Below, one piece after another: positions 48,454-59,000 of a stretch of 64,000 bases of DNA; position 1 is the first letter of the stretch; each line of letters opens with the position of its first letter. This DNA comes from a virus. A program made the translations under genes and the position numbers. The notes under the pieces are model-generated. The model saw nothing but the letters and a program-made list of their open reading frames with translations, was not told the origin of the DNA and searched no databases. The stretch lies in IMG/VR virus record IMGVR_UViG_3300031695_000001; one strand, given 5' to 3'.

Positions 48454-49605
48454 ATGAAAGTATTAGTTCTCGGCGATGTAATAATCGACAAATATATCTA
48501 TGGCACTTCAGAACGTTTAAGTCCTGAGGCTCCTGTACCAATTGTTAAATACCAAAAAGAAGTTTGGACAATTGGAGGTGCTGGACTTGTTTACGAAAAC
48601 TTGAAAAGCCTAGGAGTTGATGTAACACTATTTAAAACTGAACAACCTAGTAGCATTAAAACTAGAGTAATTTGCGATGGTCATTATGTTACACGCATTG
48701 ACGATGATAAACATGCAGACAGTGCCGCAGTATTAGATGCTGTACAAGCAACTGATTTTACAAAATACGACTATGTTATATTAAGTGATTATAATAAAGG
48801 TGTACTAGATGAGTCACTTAATATAATTGAACACTTAAATGCATTTGGTTGTAAAGTAATTGTAGATCCTAAGGAACATGCAAATCATTATATCAATGCC
48901 TGGCTAATAAAACCTAACTATAGTGAGTTTACTAAGTTTGGATTTATAAGCTGGCAAGGTAATATTATTACAACCAACGCTGGTGGCAATGTTGTTGCTA
49001 CAATAGATAATACAGATTACGATATTCCAGTCGAAGCTGTAGAAGTATCAGATGTTACAGGTGCAGGAGATTGTTTTTTGGCCGCATTTGTATACGGATT
49101 AACAAAGCAATACAATCATAAGCAGTGTTTAGAACTTGCTGTTAGAGGTTCTAGAGAAGCAGTTAAGCACGTAGGCACATACACACTTACAGTAACCGAT
49201 ATCGAAGATACTATTGTGTTTACTAATGGCGTATTTGATATATTACACATTGGGCACTTAAAGCTTCTTAGCCATGCCAAAACACTAGGTAATCGCTTAG
49301 TAGTGGGCATTAACAGCGATTCCAGTGTTAAGCGATTAAAAGGTGATTTAAGACCCATTAACGATGAAAGCACCCGCAAGGAAAGCCTGTTAATGCTTGG
49401 TTTTGTAGACGAGGTAATAGTGTTTGAAGAAGACACTCCGTTGGAAACAATAACCATCTTAGAGCCAAATATTATAGTAAAGGGTGGAGACTATATTCCA
49501 GCTACAGTAGTAGGAAATCATCTTGCTACAGTTGTTATTTTTCCTACAGTTGAAGGACATAGCACAACAAAGATAATTAATTATAAAGAGGAGAACACAC
49601 TATGA
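48454..49605 (+). CDS. hldE: Bifunctional heptose-7-P kinase / heptose-1-P adenylyltransferase
   Basis: GDVIIDKY...RLSPEAPVP, SDYNKG, DVTGAGD; FTNGVFDILHIGH, NSDSSV.RLKG, KGGDY, STT. Confidence 0.95.
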   Translation: MKVLVLGDVIIDKYIYGTSERLSPEAPVPIVKYQKEVWTIGGAGLVYENLKSLGVDVTLFKTEQPSSIKTRVICDGHYVTRIDDDKHADSAAVLDAVQATDFTKYDYVILSDYNKGVLDESLNIIEHLNAFGCKVIVDPKEHANHYINAWLIKPNYSEFTKFGFISWQGNIITTNAGGNVVATIDNTDYDIPVEAVEVSDVTGAGDCFLAAFVYGLTKQYNHKQCLELAVRGSREAVKHVGTYTLTVTDIEDTIVFTNGVFDILHIGHLKLLSHAKTLGNRLVVGINSDSSVKRLKGDLRPINDESTRKESLLMLGFVDEVIVFEEDTPLETITILEPNIIVKGGDYIPATVVGNHLATVVIFPTVEGHSTTKIINYKEENTL

Positions 49606-50393
49606 AATTTATAGCGGCAATGGATCACAGCGGCGGATCAACAGGCAGTGTACTAGAACGTTACGAACAAGAGTATACAGAAGAAAACAAAATGGACCTT
49701 GTCCATCAAATGCGATTGCGAATGATTAACTCGCCATTATTTAACGGTGAATATATTTGGGCGGCAATACTTTATACAGATACTATCGAACGTGGAATCA
49801 CAGAACTACTTAGAAACAAAGGTATTGAAAGCTATGTTAAAATTGATAGCGGATGCGAAGCTGATGGAACACTAAAGGCATTTAACGTTGAAGCTATGAT
49901 CGAGTTTGCTCACGAAAATGATTGCACTGGTACTAAGATGCGTAGCATTGTTAAGACTACAGACAGCATTGACCCAATATTAAAACAACAGTTTGAAATT
50001 GCGCAGACAATTGTTAACAACGGCCTAACTCCAATCGTTGAGCCAGAAGTTCCAATTGATCTTAAAGAAAAACGAGATATTGAGATACAGCTTCGACATG
50101 CAATGGAAGATTACTTAGACAACTTTAATGGACAAGTTATTTTAAAACTTACTATACCTGACGAAGCAAATTTATACCAAGCATTATCACAGCACAAAAA
50201 TGTTAAAAAGCTAGTCGGACTCAGTGGCGGTTATACAACTTCGGAAGCAGTTTCTAAACTTAGTCAACAATTAGATATGAGTGCAAGTTTTAGTAGAGCA
50301 TTAAGCGAAGGGCTGTTTGCACATCAACACCCATCCGAATTTGATAAAAAGATCTCTACAAACATTAAGAGGATCGAAGGAGCTAGTTCGTGA
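49602..50393 (+). CDS. fda: Class I fructose-bisphosphate aldolase (bacterial type)
   Basis: FIAAMDHSGGST, GTKMRS, PIVEPEV, LKLTIP, LSGGY, ASFSRAL motifs. Confidence 0.92.
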   Translation: MKFIAAMDHSGGSTGSVLERYEQEYTEENKMDLVHQMRLRMINSPLFNGEYIWAAILYTDTIERGITELLRNKGIESYVKIDSGCEADGTLKAFNVEAMIEFAHENDCTGTKMRSIVKTTDSIDPILKQQFEIAQTIVNNGLTPIVEPEVPIDLKEKRDIEIQLRHAMEDYLDNFNGQVILKLTIPDEANLYQALSQHKNVKKLVGLSGGYTTSEAVSKLSQQLDMSASFSRALSEGLFAHQHPSEFDKKISTNIKRIEGASS

Positions 50394-50653
50394 ATATTAC
50401 GCAAGCGCCGCGTCCTACTTATATACCTAATGAAACTATTAGACCAAGTGTACCGAAAGAAGATGTACATTGTGTGGACGAAAGACGGCAACAAGTAGTA
50501 TCACAAGTTAAAGTAGTACAAGAACTGTACAGTGAGAAAGCAAATAGAATTTTAGAAGAATCACGCAAAGCACAAGTACTAAGCTACGAAGCTAATGGCA
50601 AGCGTAGATTAGAAACAATACAACAAGGCACTATATTGGACGTAAAAGTATGA
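50390..50653 (+). CDS. Hypothetical protein
   Basis: 87-aa ORF coupled to both neighbours; GGAG RBS. Confidence 0.65.
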   Translation: MNITQAPRPTYIPNETIRPSVPKEDVHCVDERRQQVVSQVKVVQELYSEKANRILEESRKAQVLSYEANGKRRLETIQQGTILDVKV

Positions 50654-51477
50654 AAATTTTAGTTACTGGAAGTGATGGATTTATTGGTCAAAATCTTGTT
50701 ACACACTTAATGAGTGAAGGACACGGTGTTGCCGAATACGAGTATGTAGAAAACACTGTTCCTGACTGTAGTCAGTTTGATAGAGTTATACATATGGGTG
50801 CAATTAGCAGTACTACCGAAACTGATGTTGAAAAGGTAATGAAGCAAAATTTAGACTTTAGCACTAAGCTATTGCAAGTTTGCGACATGCAAGGTGTTGA
50901 TTTAATTTATGCATCTAGTGCCAGTGTATATGGACCTACTACACATTTTACAGAAGATGGCCCGTTGCTACCGCAATCTCCATATGCTTGGAGCAAATAC
51001 TTATTTGATCGCGATGTGCAAAAATTAGATTGGAGTGAATACCAATGTAAAATACAAGGGTTGCGTTTCTTTAACGTTTACGGCGAACATGAGGATCATA
51101 AAGGTTTTCAAATGAGCGTATTTCATAAGTTTAAAGAGCAAGCAATTAGCACAGGCAAAGTTAATCCATTTGCAGGTAGTGATGATATATGTAGAGACTT
51201 TATATACGTAGGCGACATTTGTAAAATTATTTCAAAATTGTTAGTCACTGACGAAAGCGGAATATGGAATGTAGGCATGGGCAAAGCAACTAGCTTCGGT
51301 AGTGTTGCTAAATGTATTGCTGACAAATATAATGCTACTATAGAAGAAATACCAATACCTGATAGTGTAAAGAATCAGTATCAGTCGTTTACAAAAAGTA
51401 ACAACGATAAATTATTAAACACAATAGGTGAATTTAAATTCACTACACCATTTGAATGGATTGAGGAGAATAAATAA
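50650..51477 (+). CDS. hldD: ADP-L-glycero-D-manno-heptose 6-epimerase
   Basis: VTGSDGFIG, HMGAISSTTE, YASSASVYG, YAWSK, RFFNVYG.HE.HKG, RDFIYV motifs. Confidence 0.9.
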   Translation: MKILVTGSDGFIGQNLVTHLMSEGHGVAEYEYVENTVPDCSQFDRVIHMGAISSTTETDVEKVMKQNLDFSTKLLQVCDMQGVDLIYASSASVYGPTTHFTEDGPLLPQSPYAWSKYLFDRDVQKLDWSEYQCKIQGLRFFNVYGEHEDHKGFQMSVFHKFKEQAISTGKVNPFAGSDDICRDFIYVGDICKIISKLLVTDESGIWNVGMGKATSFGSVAKCIADKYNATIEEIPIPDSVKNQYQSFTKSNNDKLLNTIGEFKFTTPFEWIEENK

Positions 51478-51896
51478 TGGCTGAACAACCTACAAGACTA
51501 GAAGGCAAAGTAGACAAAGGCTGGGGATACGAAATTATCTGGGCAACCAATGACAAGTATTGTGGTAAAATTATGGTCTTTGAAAAGAAGGGCAATAAAT
51601 TTAGTATGCACTTTCATCGAGAAAAAGATGAAACATGGTTTGTAAATGAAGGAAGTTTTGCTGTTAGGTGGTTAGATACTAAGACAGCTACACTGTTTAC
51701 ACATACACTGACTCAGGGAATGACTTGGCACAATCCTCCGTTACGCCCACATCAGTTAGAAGCATTAGAAGATGGAAGTAGTGTTACTGAAGTTAGTACA
51801 GCGGACAGTGTTGAAGACAATTATAGAATTATTCCTGGAGATAGTCAAGCTGGAATGCACGAGCAACTTAAAGAAGAAAGTGTATCTGATGAGTAG
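51477..51896 (+). CDS. Cupin-fold putative sugar isomerase
   Basis: KGWGYE, YCGK, SMHFHREKDETW, PHQL, EVST motifs. Confidence 0.8.
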   Translation: MAEQPTRLEGKVDKGWGYEIIWATNDKYCGKIMVFEKKGNKFSMHFHREKDETWFVNEGSFAVRWLDTKTATLFTHTLTQGMTWHNPPLRPHQLEALEDGSSVTEVSTADSVEDNYRIIPGDSQAGMHEQLKEESVSDE

Positions 51897-52533
51897 TCCG
51901 TCGATTGTATGGAGCAACGATGTTGACATTGATGCTTTAAAAGAGTTTCATCATCCTGATTATATTGCACCTAAGTGTGTAGTTGGACTAGATAGAGATG
52001 GTGTTATAAACGTAAATAATGACGACTATGTTTCTAGAGTTTCTGACTGGGAATTTGAAGAAGGCAGTCTAGATGCAATTGTTCGTATACGCAAACACGG
52101 TCATAAAATTGTAATACTTACAAACCAAGGTGGTATTGAAAGGGGATTGTATACTGAACAAGATGTAGAAAAAGTACACGCCCACATGTTTTCAGAACTC
52201 GGCAAAGCAGGGTGTCCTAGCATAGACGGGTTGTATTATAGTGCTAGTAGCCACAAAACAAATATGTATGCAAAGCCCAATGTTGGGATGTTTAAGCGAT
52301 GTGAAAAAGAAGTAAAACATATAAAATTTTCAAAGGGCTACTATGCTGGAGACAGTATTAGAGATTTAAAAGCCGCTATGAAAGTTGGTGCTAAACCTGT
52401 TCTTATTCGTACTGGACACGGCAAGGATACTGAAGAGCTTGTAAACAAACGATTTTCATACAAGCAAATTAAAAAAGCAATGATAGTATTTGATAATCTT
52501 GCAGCCTTTGCTGATTGGTTAGAAACAAAATGA
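51889..52533 (+). CDS. gmhB: Heptose-1,7-bisphosphate phosphatase (HAD)
   Basis: LDRDGVIN, TNQGGI, KPNVGM, GDS.RD..AA, RTGHG motifs. Confidence 0.9.
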   Translation: MSSPSIVWSNDVDIDALKEFHHPDYIAPKCVVGLDRDGVINVNNDDYVSRVSDWEFEEGSLDAIVRIRKHGHKIVILTNQGGIERGLYTEQDVEKVHAHMFSELGKAGCPSIDGLYYSASSHKTNMYAKPNVGMFKRCEKEVKHIKFSKGYYAGDSIRDLKAAMKVGAKPVLIRTGHGKDTEELVNKRFSYKQIKKAMIVFDNLAAFADWLETK

Positions 52534-53060
52534 TAATTGTTCGAGATGATTTAATTCCTCAACAACTTCAGGATCATCTCGAACTATTAGTATTTGGTGC
52601 TGAAGATATTCATGCATTGCTACCACTAACATGTAAACAGGAAACAACAGCAAACGACGGAATTAATCCGTTACCGACTAGTTTTCAGCATGTATTAAAA
52701 AGCAGTACTAAGCTAACTGACTATTACGGTACCTTTAGTAAAATACCTCAACTTGTACTAGATAAACTAGAAGTTCGTTGGGTCGATATAATACAAGCAA
52801 GATTGTTTATTACAGTTCCGCATAAAACTAAACTGCCTCACTATAAGCCGCACACAGATAGAAACGAAGATCATTTAGCACTAATATATTATGTAAATGA
52901 TTCAGACGGTGACACTGTGTTTTTTGAAAATGACAAAATAGTTAAAAGAGTATCACCTAAAAAAGGTCGAGTCATAGTGTTTGACGGAAGTCATTTGCAT
53001 GCCGGCGGCTTTCCAACCGACATACCACGCTGTATTGTAAACTACAACATACACGCTTAG
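52530..53060 (+). CDS. 2OG-Fe(II) oxygenase
   Basis: PHTD, IYYVNDSDGDT, PKKGR..VFDG..LHA, R motifs. Confidence 0.85.
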   Translation: MIIVRDDLIPQQLQDHLELLVFGAEDIHALLPLTCKQETTANDGINPLPTSFQHVLKSSTKLTDYYGTFSKIPQLVLDKLEVRWVDIIQARLFITVPHKTKLPHYKPHTDRNEDHLALIYYVNDSDGDTVFFENDKIVKRVSPKKGRVIVFDGSHLHAGGFPTDIPRCIVNYNIHA

Positions 53061-56000
53061 GCCTGCGCTTCGCCCCATCTAAGAATAATATTTGTCAACA
53101 CGTCTGAACCAGCAGTTTTGTATATGTTAATAGCTAAAACATCTGGACCATTTGGGAATGTACCTCTACCACCTAATGTAGTATTTGTAAGTTCCTTCAA
53201 ACTTGTAAGATCTAATGACGCTCTTTCATTTGGTGTTGCAATAAACGATAGTACAGTTTCGCCTGGTTGGGCAAATGGTGGTTGAACAAACTGTAATATA
53301 ATAGTACCACTACCACCTGGGAACGTGCCAACCATTGCATTATTAAACGTTAGTTCGTAATAAGCAGTTCCAGCAAAGTTTAATGATACAATGTTGTTAA
53401 CCAATGTACCTGAGGGGAACGTTGGATTAGTTGTATTGCCCGATATAGCAGTACCGTTAGCACCGCCTGATGCTTCCCAACTTGCCGCTGATACTAGCGC
53501 ACTGTTAGTATTTGAAACTGCTCCACCTTTTGTTAATGTTACATGGTTTGAACTGTTTGCACTGATTGACCCTGATGTCCGTCTACTTAATCTAAAGTAA
53601 CCATAACTGCCGGAGGAAGCAATGTATGCATCTTGTACTGTTGTGTTAGATTGAATGTTAGTTCCAGATATTGGTACACCAATAACAGATTCAGTTTCGT
53701 ATGTTCCAAATGTAGCTCTAAAATCAACAGCATTAATATACAAGTACTGACTATTATTACCTGTATTATATATTCCACTGTCTAATACCGCAGTAATTGG
53801 AGTAAGTGCATTAAGTGTAGTTTCTGTCGCTGCCGCACCAGTTGACCATGTAATACCAGCACCAGACGCAATCTGTGCAAAGCTAGGTTGTCCACCTTGT
53901 GCAAGTCCTGATAATCCTGTCCAGTTAACCAGTGACGGGTTAGTTGGATAGTTTTGTGGGTTAAGTACCCCTTCAACAACAATGCCGCCTGTGCTAGTTT
54001 CTGAAGTAATTTCTAGTCCTGTTAGTAATAGCTGTGCTCTGTTTAGTAGTTCTCTTTCACCCAAGTCACCTACAATAGCGTTTGACACACTAGGTGCTAG
54101 TCTAATCATAAATGCTGTTTGTCTTGTTGTACTAACAGTAATAGCTTGTTCAGCGTATGAGAAAATATAACCACGATCTTCATCAAAGCCGCCGTCTGTT
54201 ATAAATGCACTACCCCAGTGACTAATTAACGGTGTTGTTGTATTACTAACTAACACAACTCCAACACTTGCGGCATGTACTGCTGCCGGACCAGCGGTGT
54301 ACGTTCTTGCCGCACCTGCTTGGAAGTTTGTTAAGCCTGCCGCTCTAGTGCAGCCTGTTAGTGTATTATTTGATTCGGTTCTGCCAGTATAAGTTATAAG
54401 CTCGTTGTTAATAAACAATGTACCTGCGTTTGGAAAGAAGTCTACATCGTCTAAATTTAGTGTTGTATCAGCAATAGCTACTGCTGTTCTTAATTTACCC
54501 ATTGCACCTTCGTTAGTAACTTCATAACGCACAGGTAAGTTACCTGATCTCATAAATGCTTCTGTGTTAATGTTTGAGTTACGCATTCTGTGAGCATACA
54601 CAAAGTTACCATCTGCTCCACGTACCATAAAGTCAATAAAACCAGCACCGTACCATGAATATTCAATTCCGATCATTTGCATCTTTGATATTTCTAATGC
54701 ATAACCACTTGGGCCAGTTCCGTCCATTCTGTCTAGATTAAAGTCAGCTTGTCTAACTTTCTTATCACTTACTAAACAAACTTTTGCACCTAGTGCAGTG
54801 TTTACTCCGCGATAGTCCGGAGTAACGTTAATTTCTGTTTGGCTATTAACATGCGAAACAACATGCGTCATTCCTCTAATAACAATTCTGTCACCAGTTT
54901 TTAATTGATCTTGGAAGCGGGTGTTTAACCCAGTTACTACGTTTGTATCTGGTGCAATAGTTGCAGTACCAGCAGTTTGCTTAGTTGAAGTACGCTGATT
55001 AACTAATAAGTTAGTACCATCATACTCCCAATAAATTCCGTTTTGGTCATCAAACACACCTGAGCGTACTGTAGCACCGTGCCATTGCTTAGTTGAAACT
55101 TGTGCATTAAAACTTAATGTTGCCGTAGTTGCGCCTAATCTTAAATTTGCTGTAACTTCAAATGTACGTTCATCTATAATATCATTAACTGTATATGTAC
55201 TATTATATCCTGCTGTAGTAATACCAATAATATTAACTATGCCGCCAATTTGTAGTCCGTGATCGTTATCGTCACATGTTACAGTAATAGTCGATCCTGT
55301 TTCTAATCCAGACGATGTACATGAACGTAGATCGTAACTTGGAGCAAATAACGCACCAGTTGTATACATAATACCCTTACCTGATTGGTAACGAATATAC
55401 TTTTTACTTTGACGTATTGCTTGTGCGCCATGTTGTGGTCCACCTGTGCCTAATTGCACACCACCGTCATATGGTCTGTGAATAAAGAAGCTGTCTGGTC
55501 TCGGATACACAGTAGCGTTAACAATATTAGTAGCATCTGTAACAATTGCACCAACTGCACGAGCTGTGTAGTCTAACGAGCTTTTAGTTGGAATTGCTAT
55601 AGCTAAGAATGATCCAGCCGCTAAGTTGTGATTATTTGAATTATTATCACTTGATACTGTTGTAATAAATGTATCACCTGGTACTAGTCCATGTGGGCTA
55701 TCAAACGTAATTCTCATAGTAGCTAGTGCTTCGAACGTAATATTTGCAAGTAAAGCTAATTGTGCTGTTACTGCCGCATCGATTGTTATAGTTGAATACA
55801 ATGCTAAATCATCTCCAGCATATGCATCGCCCAAAGCTGTGTATGTTACAACTGAACCAGAACTATCAATACTCGCAACTGATATTGTAATATCATGTAC
55901 TGTAGGAGATCCGCCTAGACTTCCACCTCCAATTAATAATCTATTACCAACCGCATACCCATTACCAGGGTTGCCACCGCTAATAGTATATGTACCTATT

Positions 56001-59000
56001 GAACTGTCAGCACTTGTACCGTCTCTTAGGATGTTAAAGTTTGCGCCGTTACCTGATAGTGCGGCAGAGTTTACAACTACACCAGTAAAGCTCGCATCAC
56101 CAGATGTACCAGTACCTGAACTAGATACTGCTGTAATAGCTCCTGTGCCGCTGACTGCTGTTACTGTAATAGTAGCATCGTTAGCTGGCGTAGCACCTGC
56201 AAGCAAGTTACCAACTATAGTAAACTTTTGGTTTGCAACAAAGCCGCTACCGCCGCCACCAACACTGACAGTATATGCTTGACTTGCTAATGCAACGTTA
56301 AATGTTGCTCCTGAACCTAGTAACGGAGATGATGTTGCTCCTGCTTGTGCTCCTGCGTTGTTTGCCGCACCAGAAACAGTTGCAGTAGTTATTGCTCCAG
56401 AGCCGTCAACAGCGGTTATTGTAACTGTAGCATCGTTTGCTGTTGTAGCACCGCCTAAGTTTGTACCTAATATTGTTAATGTTTCGTTTGCTACATAGTT
56501 TGTGCCAACACCGTTTAATACAATAGAATATGTTGCACCTGTGCGAGTTACATCAAAAGTTGCAGCCGAACCACTACCGCCAGTTGCCGCAACACCAGTA
56601 TAACTAGCTGTAGCATCTGGTGCAGTACCTGTGATAGTTGTACCTGTTATGTATCCGCCAGCGCCTATACTAGTAACTAGTATAATCATGTCGTTAGTAC
56701 CAAAGACGCCGCCAGTAAATTGATTACCTACAATTTGTAATCTGTCATTTACAACATATCCACTAGTGCCGCGCAATGCTGTACCTGCCGCTGAGAATGT
56801 TAATAGCGGTCCTACAGTAAGTGTTGAGTCATTATCAACATCTGTTACAGTTAACACTATGTCGTTAGTAGGTGTCGCTCCTCCTAGAGATGTACCTGGA
56901 ATTGTTATAGTTTGGTTAGGAGCAAATTCGTCTCCAGCACCAACTAATGTTACTGAATACGCTACTCCGCTTACTGCTACATTAAATGTTGCACCTGCAC
57001 CAGTTAAATTTTGTCCACTACTAATATTAGCATATAGTGTAGAGTCAACTGCTGTACCAGTTGCTGTTTGTGTAAGTATTTCACCGCCGGTATCAACAGT
57101 ATTAATAGTTATTGTACAATCATTGGCTGGACTTGTTCCGCCTAGTGCAGTACCAGCTATAGTAAGAGTATTGTTTTCAGCATATCCCGACCCTATATTT
57201 TGTATTGTTGCAGAATATACAGTGCCGTCAGCATTTATATTAAGTTGCGCACCTACACCGCTCGAACCTGTTGTAAATGCAGGGTTTGTGTATGCATTCT
57301 GTGCATTGGCTGCTGTACCTGTAACACTGTATGATGTCGGATAGCCAACTGAGTTGGCCGCTGTAATTGTTATCTCTGCATCATTTAGTGGACTTGATCC
57401 ACCTAAGTTTGTTCCAGCAATTTTAATTACATCATATACTGCATAGCCTGTTACGCCAACTTCGTTAACATCAATGACTGCTGAATAAGAGTTGTTTGTT
57501 GCTGTTAGGTTCCATTGCGCACCTGTACCTGCTCCGCCTGATGTTGTACCAGTTACACTAGTAAATGTTGGTTCTACTAATGCTCCGCTATATGCGTTAC
57601 CTGCAAATGTTACGTCCCATATGCCGCCAGCACCATTGCCGTGTAAGTACGTTGCCGCAGGAGAATTAAAGGTGCCTGTACCTGCAAAGGCTGCACCAGT
57701 TACAGCCAACGCTAATACTTCGCCGCCGGTGTCTACGTTAGTAACATTAAAAGACGCATCGTTAGCAGGACTTTCTCCGCCTAATGCATCTCCTAAAACT
57801 TGTAACTGATCGCCAACTTGATAGTTTGTTCCTGATATAAAAATATCATCAACAGTGTAGCTGCCGCCGGATCTACTAATACCTAATATTAATCCCTGGC
57901 CTAGTGATACAATATTTGTTGCACCAACGTTGTTATATTGTACGTAGTTACCTTTAAACTCTTTTGTAATTGCATCATTAAATGTAACAGTTAATCCTGA
58001 AATACTGTTAACGATCATAGCTTGACCGTCACCTCTGTTAGCACCTTGTCCTGCGGCAATTCCAGTTACACTTTGTACAACAATTTCAGTTGCGCCTTGT
58101 GCAGTGTCTGCTGTCATCACTGGGGTTACAATAATGCCGCCTGTACCGACTTTACCAGTTACCTGAGTACCAGTACTAATACCAGCTCCTGTCATAGGAG
58201 AACCAATCTCTGGTGCCGCTCCGACTGTTACATTAAACGGAATTACATCTTCGCCTATAGGCACAGTAAGTGCTGGTTGAATAGTACCACTACTACCATT
58301 ACTTTGAACAACAACGTTTGGAGATTCGCCAATTGACGCTCCTGTATAAAATCCTGCTTTACGCAACTGTGTTGATTCTACTTGTATATCAATTGTGCCG
58401 CCGTCGCCAACTTTAGCTTTTGCGTAGTATGTAAATGTAGTTTGTGAAGGAACTTCAGTAAGAATAAATGCGCCTTCGGCTCTAGCAACTCCAACAACAC
58501 TTTGATTAAGTCCTTTAACTGTAATTGCATCGCCTGCAATAAATCCGTGTGCGCCAACTGTAGTAATTGTAATAAGTGATGCACCCACTCCGCCGGTACC
58601 TGCTGAACTATCTGTTCTTACTAAAGTAGTATCAGTTTCTGTACCTGGAATTTCGTACACACTTGGATAGCCGCGCATTGTAGCAATAGCACTCCACTTA
58701 GTAGGCTGTAGTCCGTACTCAAAGTCAGCGTCTAACATACTTACAGGAGGAGCAATACGCATACGCTCAATTGCGTCTGTACCAAATTCGTACGGTCTTA
58801 CTATAAGCTCGTCTGTGTCAATAAATATTTGTAGCTCGTCTGTAGATAATGCTGTTGCTGTAGAAAAGTTTAGTTGTAACTTAGTAACTGCGTCAGTTAC
58901 TTGTAAGTATTTTTTAAAGTCTTCGTCTGCATAAAACTGTTCGCCTGATGTTCCAACATATCCGCGGAACGTTTCTGTGAAGCCGCCTTTAAGTGTTTCG

